A DNA stretch of 64,000 nt from Batkoa obscura (lineage: Eukaryota). The stretch is from the NCBI GenBank assembly GCA_030770535.1, contig JASVEC010000001.1, forward strand, positions 1,488,001 to 1,552,000. The letters are read 5' to 3'. Of this stretch, positions 47,054 to 60,510 are shown piece by piece. The translations under genes and the position numbers were made by a program. The notes under the pieces are model-generated. The model was not told the DNA's origin. It saw only the letters and a list, made by a program, of their open reading frames with translations, and did not search any database. Position 1 is the first letter of the stretch; every line of letters begins with the position of its first letter.

Positions 47054-48922
47054 TCAAGCATAAATATTATTAATTGTAGTAGAAGATACAATTGATATCA
47101 ATTTTGAAGGTACTAAATCTCTAGAATAATTGACATCAGGACAAGTAAAAGATAAAGAACAATAATTAAATGGACGAGCATAAAAAGAACATAATAATAA
47201 ATTAAATTTTAAGGGACAAGTTTCTACTTTTAAATTTAAATCAAAAATGGATTTTTTCTCAGCAACTTCCAATCGGTTCTCTTTTTGACAAAAGAAATAA
47301 TTGGATTTATCTGGATTATTAATACTTTTTAATGTATAACTCTTGGGACATTTTAAAGTAATACTATTATCTAATAGTTTTACTTCACTATTTTTATAAA
47401 TTAAAAATAATAAATCTTTATCTAAACAATAATATCTTGATACATTAAATGCGTCATTAAATTGAATTAATAATTGATAATCATAACATTTCAGTCCATT
47501 TTTACTAACAATATTATATTTATAAATTGGACATTTATCCTCTTTTAAACAAAGATAATAACTTTTAAAATCATTAAAAAAATTACCTTCACATTTACTA
47601 GGTTTATGATCCATAGGACATTTATCTAATCCTATATTGAAATCATAAAATCCATTTGCTTTATTGTTATATTCATTCAATTGACAATAAAAATAATTAA
47701 TTCCTTTTAAATTACTAAATACTCTTAATCGATACCCAACATCACATCCTTTTTCTAATATCAGTTTTAATTCTTGATTTCCCGTTTGCATTAAATTGTT
47801 AACATCTTCTTCTTTTAACAACTTAATATCTTTTCCTGAATCTATTGAATTGGGCGTTTTATCTTTTGTAATTACAAATAACGTATTATTTACTGTCTTA
47901 ATTTCATTACCTATTCCACTACCTTCACTAAATGTACCAGTAATTAAAGATAATTTTGATTCATCCTCTTTAGTTTTATTAAGTTTCGTATTATTAGCAT
48001 TGGTTGGTGTTACTATTGTTGTATTGTTAATGGCTATTGCAGCTGTTGAATTAATCACTGTTCCTTTTTTAGAATCCGTTTTAGATGTATCATCGTTCAC
48101 TCCACCTTTCTCTCCTTTATCTAAAGAATTACTAGAACCGTTATCTTTCCCACTTTTATCTGAAGTAATATTATTTACAACCTTAGCTACTGCAACTTCA
48201 GCTAATGTAATATCACTAGAATTAGTTGAACTATTACCACTAGTCTTATTAATTGAATGATTATTATAAATTAAGGAATCTTTATCCTCTTTTCCTTTGA
48301 TGTTATTATTATTATTATTGTTATTATTATTGTTATTATTATTGTTATTATTATTGTTATCAAATTTCTCTTTTTTATTATCTTTTCCTAAACTACCTTC
48401 AATATAACCTTCCCCGCCAAAACAATCTTTATCTTTATTATTACAAATAGCATTTAATTCACATAAATAAATTTGTTTATCTTTTAGTGAAAATTGATTT
48501 AATCTATAACCTATTGGACATTGTTCTATTTTGGGATCAAATATAGATAAATTAACATCTGAATGAATATTAGCACTCTTTCTACATCGATAAAATTTTT
48601 GATTCAATTCATTTAAAGATAATATTAATGAATAACCTAACTCACATTTAGGCTCTCCTAATATTATTGGAACTGAATTACTTTTATCATTGTTATCTAA
48701 ACATTTAGCTGTTTGTAATTGTTTATTAACAATTAAACTTAAAACGGTATTTTGTGGACATTGTAAGGGAAAAGATAATGGGCATATGAGTTGAGTGGTA
48801 CAGATGGAAGCTTGTTTTCCACTATCAAAATCCAAACAGTTTTGTAAACGTTGATCAGAAGGGCAATGAAAAGCGGCTTTGTAAAGTAAAATATTAGTTA
48901 ATAATAACAAGAGTAATTTCAT
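47054..48922 (-). CDS. Secreted Cys-rich repeat protein (C-x18/19-C modules, poly-Asn and S/T/N linker)
   Basis: 622-aa ORF with signal peptide, repeated CxxGY.L...Y.C modules and an (AAT/AAC)n poly-N tract. Confidence 0.85.
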   Translation of the reverse strand: MKLLLLLLTNILLYKAAFHCPSDQRLQNCLDFDSGKQASICTTQLICPLSFPLQCPQNTVLSLIVNKQLQTAKCLDNNDKSNSVPIILGEPKCELGYSLILSLNELNQKFYRCRKSANIHSDVNLSIFDPKIEQCPIGYRLNQFSLKDKQIYLCELNAICNNKDKDCFGGEGYIEGSLGKDNKKEKFDNNNNNNNNNNNNNNNNNNNIKGKEDKDSLIYNNHSINKTSGNSSTNSSDITLAEVAVAKVVNNITSDKSGKDNGSSNSLDKGEKGGVNDDTSKTDSKKGTVINSTAAIAINNTTIVTPTNANNTKLNKTKEDESKLSLITGTFSEGSGIGNEIKTVNNTLFVITKDKTPNSIDSGKDIKLLKEEDVNNLMQTGNQELKLILEKGCDVGYRLRVFSNLKGINYFYCQLNEYNNKANGFYDFNIGLDKCPMDHKPSKCEGNFFNDFKSYYLCLKEDKCPIYKYNIVSKNGLKCYDYQLLIQFNDAFNVSRYYCLDKDLLFLIYKNSEVKLLDNSITLKCPKSYTLKSINNPDKSNYFFCQKENRLEVAEKKSIFDLNLKVETCPLKFNLLLCSFYARPFNYCSLSFTCPDVNYSRDLVPSKLISIVSSTTINNIYA

Positions 48923-50104
48923 ATTATTATTATTTTGAAATATGAACGGATATTTCTTGAATATTTTTATTTTTATTTTTTATTTTTGGTAAGTTTTTAG
49001 CTTTTTATAAAGTCCAAAGTTGATCCTTATTTTGATCGACTGATAGTGATAAACTTTTGGTTGTAAAATTGAAATTATTTTGTTTTTTGTTTTTTTAAAG
49101 TGATTTCATTTTATTTTATTTTATCAAATATTATATATCATGATTTAATGCTCTATTTCAATGTAATATCTTTAGCCAATAGCAACTTTATTTGTAAGTT
49201 TATCAGAAAGTTGTTACATTAATTACTTGCCTTTGATGAAAATTCATTTTATTAATAAGTCTAGTTTTAGACACTTTATTGATAATATATTAAGTTTCAA
49301 ATAAAAAGAAAGTATCCAAAATAAACCAAACTTACGCCTTTTTTACTAAGTTTTTATAGACCGACCCCTCATGAACAATTAAAGTAAGTGGCTCAAATGA
49401 AGCATAAGCTACTAAAAAAAGTTCACAAATTTAATCAAATTCTAATATAAATTTTAACAAAAAATGTTGAATTATTAAATGTTAACACATAAAATCTTTT
49501 TGCTTAAAACAAAATGTTCTTTTGTTGAAAATAGTGGCACTTTTTTTTAGCAATACACCTCCTACATTTTGTTGTGTCATTAGCTTACAATTCTTCATAC
49601 CTTGGTCTATAAAAACTTTACAAAAAGGATAAAACTGAACAAAATAATCAAATTCAATGTAATTAATAAACGGTAATTCAAAGGCTTGAATTTAATATAC
49701 AACTATTAATTGAATTGAGCTTTAAAAAACTTTAATTTTTAAAGTTGATTTTACTTAATTAAAAAATAATTGAGATTGTTTAAAAAATTTATAAATATCA
49801 AAATTAAACGCACTTGAAAATTTCATTTATGAAATATAATTAACCCTTTTTTTTAAATTAAATTCAATATTTGTTTTCTATAATAAAAAAATAATAAAAA
49901 TAGGACCACTAAAAAACTTCAAAAATTAATTATTGAAATTGACTTAAAATACAATATATAATAATTTCCATTTTAATTATATTTATCAAGAAACTCAATG
50001 CAAGTTACCTCACTAAAGAATAAAATATCAAATAAAAAAAGCCAACTCAATACATCGCAATAAATTGCTTCAATTTTACATTAATTTGAAAAAAAATTCA
50101 ATCA

Positions 50105-52595
50105 TTACGTATGAAATCCATCCAATTCTACCTCCCTATCTAACATATTACCATTGGCATTAAACGATCCATTAGCATGTTGTTTATTCTTAATACTTTC
50201 CTTCGTGACAGGACCTGAAATAGCTCTACCACCTAAGGCACCTGGATTTCCATATGGGAAAGTAGAAGACATAAATTCTTTCTTTTGTTTAATAATAGTA
50301 CGGGTAGTACGTATAGGTTCTCTTTCAGGTAAGATAGCTCCTCGACGACCAGCTCTTTGTTGTCTTCTTGTGCGTCGATTTTCTCTTTCCTGGATTTTAG
50401 TTTGGCGTTGTAATTCAACTTCACTTATTTCCACTAAAAAGGGAGTAAAGCTTTCAGTCGCATTTTTATCTCGAATGGTATGCGTTATAGGTGGTAAAAA
50501 CGATTTGCTTAAATTCACATCATTTACCGAATCCCCAGTGAAATTGTAGCCTAAGATACTTAATGATTTATGAAAGGTGTAAACTTGCTCCCGTATTGAG
50601 TGTGCAATCGCTGTTCTATTATAAATTTAGTATTTTCTTTTTTTAAATAAAATAGTGACTTACTTAAATTCACCACCAAGCCCAAGATCATTTGCTAAAT
50701 TCGAAGCAAATAATTCGGGTGAATTTAAAGGATTTAAAATATCCCACTCAAACTGATCTTCAAGTGAGACTCTACCTAGGGTAATATCCAACTGAAACAA
50801 TCATTAAGATAAAAAAATTTAATGATTATATTATACTTACCTTAATTAAAATTCTCAGTTCTTCTTCAGCTTCATAACTTTCTTTTTCTTTTTCTTTTTC
50901 TTTTTTAATTTTAAATTGTTTAATTTTTTTATGACAATATAAACCATGTGTCCTATAATCTTTAATTTGATCTTTTATAGAAGTTGAAACGGGATGAAAA
51001 AAAGCTTGATGTGGTAATTGTAAATCTTTTAACATAGTTTCAACAAATAAATCCACTGATATAAATTCATCATTTAAATTCCATACAAATGTATCGCATA
51101 ATCGTTGTCCACCTACTTCTAAATCTAATCGAATGGGTACTAATATCTCTTCTTGTTCCGCTATATCTTCTAATTGTTTTGTTAAACTGAAGATTTTGTT
51201 AATGATTATAAATAAACAATAGTATAAAATCTTACTGGGGTGTATTTCTAAAGAATATAGGTCCTTCTTCAATATCATAGCATAATACACGACTATTTTT
51301 GGATTCACCCGCTTTAAAATATTTAAATTTGTTTGGATTTAAACCAAGATTTGGATTTAAATTTCCTGCCATTTTAAGTTTATTACCAGCTCCCTTTTCT
51401 AAATAGATTTTTTTATTGATTTCATTTTGTGCTACCCCCATTGCTTGATATTGGGTATCTTTATAACGATATAAAGCTACCCTTTTTTGTAAATGTTTGG
51501 AACTTTCATATCGAATCGCATCTTCTGAAAGTTCTACTTTGACTTTACTTTGTATTCCAATTGTAGATGGATTTTGCTATAATTGTTTATTTAATGATAT
51601 ATAAATAGATTAAATTGATATTTACCATAGCGTTATTGAGCTCGGTAGGTACATTATTTATATTTTGAACTTGAAACTCTTCTTTTGTAGGAGTTTGAAG
51701 ATTTAGTGGTCGAACATTTCCAAAATTCATCACTTTTTTCCCTTCTATTAATAATGAGTCAACATATTATTAGTGCTTTATAGAGTTAAATCTTACCATT
51801 TTTGGCCCTTTGGTTGTAAAGTTTAGCTTGATTTTGCATATCTCTTACTGCAAGCTGAGATTTAATGGCCTTAAAAATATAAGTTTAATGTTTTATAATA
51901 ATGGTTGAATTACTTGATTTATTAAATTGGAGTCTTTATTTTGATTTTGGGGGGGATTATTTGGTATGTTAGGATTGATAGCATAATTCATATAATTGAT
52001 AGGTTGTTGATACATATAGTTATTTGCTTGTGAAATATTAAAATTGGGAGGAAAGTTTTGGGTTTGGGGGTTCATGTTAATTGGGATTTGATTTAAAATT
52101 GGTTTATCATTATTCATGGAAATATTATTATTACCCATATTACTAACATTGGGATCAGCTGGATTCCAGTTTTTAATGGGATTGTTTTGTGCTATATTAC
52201 CACCGTTGACATTCATAGTATTCCCTCCCATATTATTCATCATATTCATTGCATTCATTTGATTATACACTCCCATTCCCATTGCGTTTAAGTTGTTTGG
52301 GTTCATTCCACCCATATTTTGAAGTCGGTTTCTCAATGCTAACTGATTCAAGCTAATTTTATTATTATTTAATTATTTGTCATTTAAAACATTATAAAAT
52401 AGTAGCTACTTACTTAAAGTTATTCATTTGAGCTTGGTTCATATTCTGAAAGTTAATATTTGGCATATTATTAAATGGACTCATATTTGATTGCCCTTGC
52501 ATCAAGTTATTTTGGAAACCTTGGTTACCTTGATTCATGGGACTAAACTGTACATTTTGTTCATTTCCAATGGGTAGATTGTTATTCTGTTGCAT
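50105..52595 (-). CDS. SNF5: SWI/SNF chromatin remodelling subunit Snf5
   Basis: Multi-exon. N/Q/M-rich N-terminus, EEILVPIRLDLE..DTFVWN (repeat 1), LEDQFEWDI..SPELFASNLANDLGLGGEF..AIAHSIREQV (repeat 2), RENRRTRRQ. Both ends uncertain. Confidence 0.9.
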
Positions 52596-53362
52596 TTTAA
52601 GCACTATTTTAACTTAACCTGATATTAGCGTCAAACTTTTTTTTGAAAGTTCAATATTTGAAATTTGTGTTTTTGAAGTGAACCTAAATTGAGAGAGGAA
52701 GATTTAGTCAAAGGAATTAAATATTAGAACATGATCAAATATGGACAAAGAAATTAAAAAGGGATGGTTTTGATTTAATTTCAATTTTTGATTAAATTAT
52801 CAAATAATTTAATAATTTAAATAAGTCATTTTTCATGATAACTTAAATTTTACCTTGATTTCAATTGTTTGAATTGAACTATAAGCACAAAGTAATCTTT
52901 AGTTGTTATTCATTTTATTTTTGGTGGAGTAAAATGGACTCAATTGATTGGTTGAGATGGAATTTTAATAAGGAAATTAAATGCAAAGTGAGCTGGAGTC
53001 TAAAACATTGGTATTTGAGTATAGAATGTCAGCCTAGATCTTTAATTGTTATCAGTATTGTATTAAAATAAAATAAAGTTTAATTCTTTTCTACTGCTAT
53101 TCTTTAATTTTGTTTTGTTTTGTAGTTTATTGTTTGTATAATAGCAGTTTTAAACAAGTTAAAGAAATATAACAATTTGAGTAAATTTAAAGGGGATAGT
53201 TAATATCAACAATATATAATCATGAGTTTATTATATAAATTAAAAATCGATTAAAAAAGGCTATAAATAATTTAAAAATACAAATCTAAACATAATAAAA
53301 TAAAAATACCAAACTTATTCTAAAAAAATAAACGTCTACTTTTAATTTTGAAAAAAATCCCT

Positions 53363-54222
53363 TTAATGACGCGATGGCCTTGGTTTGTTGGCCTTGATAA
53401 AACTGAAATACTTTTTATTAAGCGTTTTACCTTTCTTATTAAAGTCATTATCTGATTTATTTATTTCTCCATCAAACTCTTCGAAGGCTAAGTTAGGTGG
53501 TAGTGAGTTTGTTGCTTCTATTTCTCTAATAAATTTCCCTATTCCATGGCCTTGCATAACGTCGAATTGATCCTTTTCATTAACATAAAATTCAAGGATA
53601 TCTTCAACTGTCTCTATATTATTTAAGTTTCTATTTGGTAAATCATAGTTTCCTCCTTCACTCTTTGTTACTAAGTCTTGGATGATATTTGTAAGAAGCT
53701 AATTATTAATATCAATATTAATAAACTTTTAATAAACTTTAATAACCAATTTACCTCAAACTTAACTTTACCATCTTCAAGACTGAGTTTACTAACTTCT
53801 TGATCACTTTTTCCAATAGCTTCTGGGTGTACTTTTTTAACCCATGTTAATATAACTTCTTTTTTTTGTTCTGGTGTTAATTCAATCACTGTCTCTTGCC
53901 TTTATAAAAAATATTAATAATTTTACTTTAAAAATCAAATACCAACAACATACTCAACTTCTTTAACTTCAGCCCAACTAGCTTCTTGAACCACAGTTTC
54001 TTCCTTATCTGCTTTTAAAACTTCTGATTTATCTTCGGACTTTTCTTCTTCTTTCTTACCAAATAAATCCCATCCAAATAAAGAACCTTTATTACGTGCA
54101 TTTAATAAACTGCCACTTTGAAATCCACGTACTGTCTTCAATTCATTTAAGTTACTTGGTTTATATTGTACAATTAAAGTGTAGCGTTGTACTAGCTTGC
54201 AAGCCCTTTTGATTCCGCTCAT
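53363..54222 (-). CDS. Mitochondrial ribosomal protein mL50-like
   Basis: 3 exons joining three track ORFs. Presequence, LSLEDGKVKFE..DLPNRNLNNIETVEDILEFY..LPPNL pattern typical of mL50. Confidence 0.72.
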
Positions 54223-54724
54223 TTTTTATTTTGTAAAAATGGGGGATAAGTTGGAATTCAAATTTTTTTTAGTACCAAAGGCTTGAATTATGGGAAATTT
54301 TAAAACAGAGTTTGTTAAATTTTTAATATTGATGTTTTGAATTCAACAAAAAAGCATTTTTTTTGGTGGAAGTTCAGATTCTAAAATAAACTTATCTTTA
54401 TTATAAAATCGTATAAATAGAAGGGTTTCTGATGCTAAAATACAAATCCATTCATTTACATTGGAACTTAAATAATAAACTTCAAAAATAGCTTTTCATA
54501 TCAAATTTATTAGAAAACTATATAAAACATCCTTCCACTTTAAGCAACTTTTTGAAAAATTTCGCTTGTTTCCAAAAAAGATAAACTCTCTCAAAGATCA
54601 TCAAGCTCCAAAAAAAAGCAACTTTAAATTTTCGATAGTCATGTCTATCCCGCTTATAAAACCTTTAATTAAATATACTATCCATATAAAAAACCTTATC
54701 CGCCTCCTAAACTTCGCAAAAAAA

Positions 54725-55657
54725 ATGCTAAACCCTAGTTTATTTTTAACCCTAGTTACCGCTACCCTAGCCCTTCCTTTCTCTGCTGAAGACATAGACA
54801 CAGCCCCATGTCCAAAAGGTACAGTAATGACGGGATATAAAGGCCCAGATGATGTTGTTTATTATGCTTGTACTGCTTTTGAGGATAAAGTTAATAACAA
54901 AATGATGGATGAGTGTCCAATTGGTACAGTTAAAACCGCCAAAGTAGAAAACAATGAAAAGGTGTTTGGTTGTGTATCTTTAAATTCTATAGAAGCTGAA
55001 AATGAATGTCCAAGAGGGACAGTATTAACAGCTACAACACTTAAAAACGGTGAAAACGCGTATTTATGTCAGAAATTTACAAGCGAAGAAGAAAAAGAAA
55101 GCAAAGTTGAAGATAAAACCAAGAAATGTCCAGATGGGTTGATGTTAAAAGAAAGTAAGGGTGAAGATGGAAAGATCAGTTTAAGTTGTATTAGTAAACC
55201 AGCGAAAGAAAGTGAAGCAAAGATTGATTTTTCTATCAATCCTTGTCCTAAGGGAGAGCGATTGTTTAGCAGTAAAAATAGTGAAGAAAAGGAAAGCCTT
55301 GCTTGTGTTTCAGAAGATATAGATTTAAATTTGGAAGAAAGTAAAAAGCTTTGTGGTAAAGGTGAAAAGTTGGTTAATGATAAAGACACTAAGGGTAGGG
55401 ATATGTTTACTTGTAAAGCATATTCTGCTAGCGCTCAGCTTGGTTTGAGTGGGAAATCATTAGAAGTTAAAAAAAAAAGCAATAATGTTCAAGCTAAAGC
55501 TAATGAAACTTTACAAGAAGTCAAGAAAGCAGTAGGTTCTGATGATGATGCAATAGTGGTACAAATTGTTAAGCCGCCTATCCAAGTAATAAACTCTGAC
55601 CTTAAGGAAGGGGAAGTGGTACGCAAAGTTGTAGTCACTAGAAAAGTGATTAATTAA
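54725..55657 (+). CDS. Secreted Cys-rich repeat protein (six CPxG-x15/16-C modules)
   Basis: ATG 54725, signal peptide MLNPSLFLTLVTATLA, six tandem C-x18/19-C units. Confidence 0.87.
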   Translation: MLNPSLFLTLVTATLALPFSAEDIDTAPCPKGTVMTGYKGPDDVVYYACTAFEDKVNNKMMDECPIGTVKTAKVENNEKVFGCVSLNSIEAENECPRGTVLTATTLKNGENAYLCQKFTSEEEKESKVEDKTKKCPDGLMLKESKGEDGKISLSCISKPAKESEAKIDFSINPCPKGERLFSSKNSEEKESLACVSEDIDLNLEESKKLCGKGEKLVNDKDTKGRDMFTCKAYSASAQLGLSGKSLEVKKKSNNVQAKANETLQEVKKAVGSDDDAIVVQIVKPPIQVINSDLKEGEVVRKVVVTRKVIN

Positions 55658-55869
55658 ACTAATTAATAAATTTATGCTTTTTATTTTGACAATGTTTAAT
55701 TTCAAATCTAATTTCTAAATTTAGTAAATTTAAACTTCTTGTTTCTATTTAATAGTAAGCGCCAATAAGCTGATATTAAAATAAGCTTAACGGAAATGCA
55801 ACTTATTTAACTATCAAATTTAAATTACATGGTTTTAACTATCTATTATCTATTTATTTGTATGGTATT

Positions 55870-56711
55870 ATGACTAATATAAGGACAACTCAATTGACTA
55901 TCAAGCACAATGAATTTAAAGTGGTACTATTTGGTTTAGGAGGTATGCTATAGTTCAACGTAACCGTACGAATACTTATTGTAAATTAGGTGTTGGAAAA
56001 TCGGCGATAACGATCCAATTTATACGCAATCAATTTGTAGAAGAATATGATCCAACGATAGAAGACAGCTATCGAAAGCAATTAAGATTACCTGATGGAG
56101 ACGTAGAGTTAGATATTTTAGATACTGCAGGTCAAGAAGAATACAGGTGAGCTCAACTCATAAACTATAGCATTAAATTAAACCCTTACTCTAGTGCTAT
56201 GCGAGGCCAATACATATGTAGCGGGGATGGTTTTTTATTAGTTTATTCAATTGACAGCCATGATGCCTTTGAAGAAGTGAAAGCCATTTACTCCCAAATT
56301 TTATTAGCAAAACAAGATCAGTCTATTATACCTGTGATCCTTATCGGGAATAAATGTGATTTAATCAACTCTAGAGCAGTACCTATCTATGGTAAATTAA
56401 GTTTCATACAAGCAGCTCATCTTCCTAACATTTTATTAGAAGCCCAAAGTTTAGCACAGAGTTGGAAGGTACCATTTATTGAGACATCAGCCAAATTAGA
56501 TCTAAATATTAAAGAAAGTTTTGTACAGTTGGTGTATATGATGAGAAAATATAGAAATTCTGTTGGGATACTACCGCCGCCTTCAGCGGCTAGGTCGAAT
56601 TTTTCAAATCCAATGAGTGCGAAGTCATTCGATAAGACTAAAGATATTGTACCAGAGCCAGTAATGGAAGAGGATGGTATACAGTTGACAAAATGTTGTG
56701 TTTTATTGTAG
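55870..56711 (+). CDS. Ras-family small GTPase
   Basis: 4 exons. [35 protein letters not shown]-terminal CCVLL prenylation motif. Confidence 0.95.
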
Positions 56712-58176
56712 GCTATGGACCGATATTAGTATAGGAATGGGTCTTATTAAATTAATATGGGTGAGAATAAAAATAGATTAGATAAACTAAACTTATTCGA
56801 AAATTATAACATTAAATAAAGTATACCTTTAATTCGCAAACTTTATCTATTTCGATCATATTCGTTTAACTATATAATCTATTTAATGTATTATTCACAT
56901 TCAAACCGAAGTGATTATCTTGGGGTTTTGGGATCTTAATTACACAAGCTGAGATCCCTTCAAAATAACAACTCTTTAATATCTTATTTTCTAAACCTTT
57001 TATTATGTTTGTCTCCATCTCTCATAAATGTCAGTTAAGCCTTCTAGCTATTTTTAACTTTATAAGAGCTTTTTAAAGGTCTAATACTAATAAGTTAAAG
57101 ATTTCTACTTTATCTTAATTCAATATAAAAAATAACTTTAACCTATGACCCTTTAATAGTTAATATCCAAAAGATGATAACCCAAGTTTCATACTTTAAT
57201 ATTATTAAAGTTATTTTTAAAGCAAACGCTTAAAAGCGATTTTAGTACAGAAACTAGAAGCTGTTAAGTTTCTAATTTAGAACTTTAGAACTTTACATCA
57301 ATAAATGGGATAGTGTGAAATAATGGATGGTAATTAAATAGACGATATCACAACCTAACAATAATGATTTAATATTTAGTTTTTGGAATTTTATACATTG
57401 TCAATTCTTATATTACAACTTTTTTAATAAAAAAATATTGTGATACAAAGTTCTTCTAGTCAAGAAGATATAGAGTCTTGAAGTACTTACTTTTTTTTGA
57501 ATTTTGTGGCAAAGTGCCAAGTACTGCAAAAAATAAAGTGAAGTATAGTAAAAGTCAAAATATACTCGCATTATTTCTTACTTTGATAGTTACTCCTATA
57601 CAATATATTTTTATATATTACACTACTATCAATAATTAGAAGTATTCTTAAATTACTTGGTTACTGTATCTCATTAATAACAATAATTTCAAAAATTAAA
57701 GAACTGGCTACCCTAAATATTGTTTATTTAATGAAACTCTTCTGAGCCTATAGAACTATAACTAAATAACATTTAGCGTGTTCTGTAGGTACATATGTCC
57801 TTTAAATATAGTGTAGTAAAGTATTTACTATAAGATATTTTAAAAATAAAATTAAAACTGGAATTAATTTTGATTTGTATTTTATTTTTTGAATAAATTC
57901 TCCAACTATACTTGACTTTAATTTGTTGATATCCTGAGCCAACGTTACAAACTCAATAATTCATATTTATTAGCATCAAAATGATATCATAGATGATATT
58001 TAGTCCGTAAAAACTACTAGCAAATATTAATAAATTTACAAGTGAGCAAACCTCAGATTGATCAATTAGAAAAAGTGATAAAACTAAAAAGTATCATTAT
58101 TAAACATGACTAGAATTAATTAAACTTTTATTAGCAGTGAAATTATTGATATATTATTATATATATGTATAGAGAG

Positions 58177-58560
58177 TTAGAATAAACAGGCCGATATTAT
58201 TATAGTTAAGAATAATAAGATGGTGGAATAGGAAAGGTTTAAGATTAAGTTTGCTTGCAAGTGATCACTTCTAAAATTATTTAATGAAATCAGTTTGCTA
58301 CTACCATATACAAAAAAGTTGTGTTTAAAATTTACATCCATATACTTTAACATCATTAATTCATCTCCTTTAAACAATTCTTGCTTTTGTTGAATACATT
58401 GCCCAAATAGTGAGTCTCTATGACTACAATAAGTTGATCGGAGATTTTGATATGCTACGATTTCGTTTGAACTCCTTGAAAGATAATGGCTGAGCTTAAA
58501 ATCTAATTCCGAAGATATCAAGCAAATAAATACTAACAATAGATAATACTGTGGCCTCAT
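58177..58560 (-). CDS. Small secreted/GPI- or tail-anchored hypothetical protein
   Basis: Signal peptide from ATG 58560, two central Cys, hydrophobic C-terminus, TATA-like upstream. Confidence 0.6.
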   Translation of the reverse strand: MRPQYYLLLVFICLISSELDFKLSHYLSRSSNEIVAYQNLRSTYCSHRDSLFGQCIQQKQELFKGDELMMLKYMDVNFKHNFFVYGSSKLISLNNFRSDHLQANLILNLSYSTILLFLTIIISACLF

Positions 58561-59912
58561 TGTATCTTTTAAAGAAAAAAGCAAGAAATTAGTTGAAATT
58601 AGTTGAAATTAGTTGAAAATGAAATTAAAAAAGATAATTATTCAAGTTCAGTTTTGACCGTTATTAACAACCATAAAATTCATTTTTTATCTTTTATATA
58701 CTTTCCACTCAAAATGGGTTTCATCTTCGCTTAACCCAATCATAATCAATAATTTAGTATTTAAATCTTATCTTGTCTTAATTCAGTTAATTATGAATTC
58801 GTGAAACGAATAAATTTATAGTTCTTAGTTATTGATTGGCCAAGATCACGAAGCAACTTTACAATTGTTTATAGTTGTACTAACTTTGAGGTAATTTTTG
58901 GTAAGAGTTTTTTGTTATGACTATACAATACCCCAATCCGCCTCTCAACTCAAAGAATAGGAACTTTATAAACCTGATAAATTAAAAATCAAATAAAAGA
59001 AAAAGAAATATATAAACAAAATATATAGTAATATATCAACTTAATAACGTATAACTGAAATTTTATAATGTAAACTTTCTAAAATGTAAATGTTATTAAA
59101 TGGGAAAATTATTATTTTCTAAAAATATAATAATAATAACGTAATGCCAAGAAACAATAGGACATAACTAAATCACTTTATATACCCTTTTTCAATGCAA
59201 ATTTAAGCAAGTATTCACTCTGAAGCTTTTAGTTTCATAATAAAGTATTTTATAACACTATTTAATCTGTAATAAACCGTCATAGCAAGTTCTTTCTAAA
59301 GTCGCGTTTTCTATATAGTTTTTTGTATCGTTTTCGATATTCTCTATAGAAATACGGACATATGAGTATAGAGAATAGAAATGAGATATCAATTTATCCC
59401 GCTTATCTATATACAAAAATATTATTTATTTTTATATTAATGTTACTACTATCTCTTAATTTTATTAGCATTTTATTGAGCAATTATTTCTATAATCGTT
59501 TAATCATGTATTAATTTTATAATGTTGCTTTTTGGTTGATGGCTTATAAATTTTCTATAATCCTGTAGTTTTATAGATATTACCATATATGTCAAATTTA
59601 TGAATTTATGCTTTCAGTTCATTATTTATACCGAAATCCTTGGTCTTTTGTTATTTGAATATTTAGGCTATATGGGTTATAGATTTATGAAAGTGATAGA
59701 GTGTAAAATCATATCACCCTATATTAAGTATATCATCAATACTTTTCATATTAATATATAGATAAACTGAAATATTAAAAAAGTTTGACAAGGTATAATT
59801 ATATATGCGCCAATTTTTCTAAAGTTACCCGATTTATTTTATTCGCATAAAAGATGATCATAAACAATAATTAATACTATCTTAAATTTTTATTTGAATA
59901 TAGGAATTGAAT

Positions 59913-60510
59913 AAAAAACATGGGATGTTGCCAAGACCATTTGTCTTGTCGAAGTAGTTTAAATGAAGTATATCTCCATATTTAGTTTCAAAATATAAAG
60001 GTTAATCTTTCCTGGACAAACTGACTAAATATGAAGTAAATATGGATCATTAGTATCATTATACCAATGGTTCCCGGCTATAAGACATAATCAAGGACAT
60101 TTCTGCTATCAAATCATTTAATATATATTAAGCTTCATTCACAACTTTAAAATAGAGTGTAATGTTCTTTATTTGTAAATTAATTAATTTAATATATGTA
60201 ATGATTATTATATGTTGAAATCTTATTTGATTATACAAATTCAACAAAAATCATATGGGCATCACCAAGGCTATTTACGTTATCAGAACCATCAAAGCAT
60301 ATTATAGTTACATAAACAACTTTAACAGTAAATGAAGTTTGCTTCATATTTAGCCAAGTTATAAAATAAAAGGTAACTTTAATTCTATTTAGAATTTCAT
60401 TTGGATATTGACCTTTCATGAATATTATAGGTCTATTACCAAGCCCATTTGCCCCTTGGAATCTATTTAAGTATATTTGAGGTTTACTTGTAGTTTTAAA
60501 CCAGAACTGG
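59913..60510 (-). pseudogene. Possible decayed repeat-protein gene fragment
   Basis: Related peptides IYLNRFQGANGLGNRPIIF and LHLNYFDKTNGLGNIPCFLF in broken frames. Confidence 0.3.

Noticed and set aside
49679..54289. Identical 14-mer CAAAGGCTTGAATT upstream of both Cys-repeat genes
   Set aside because: A 14-nt match is plausible by chance in 64 kb of biased sequence; orientation and distance to the genes differ.
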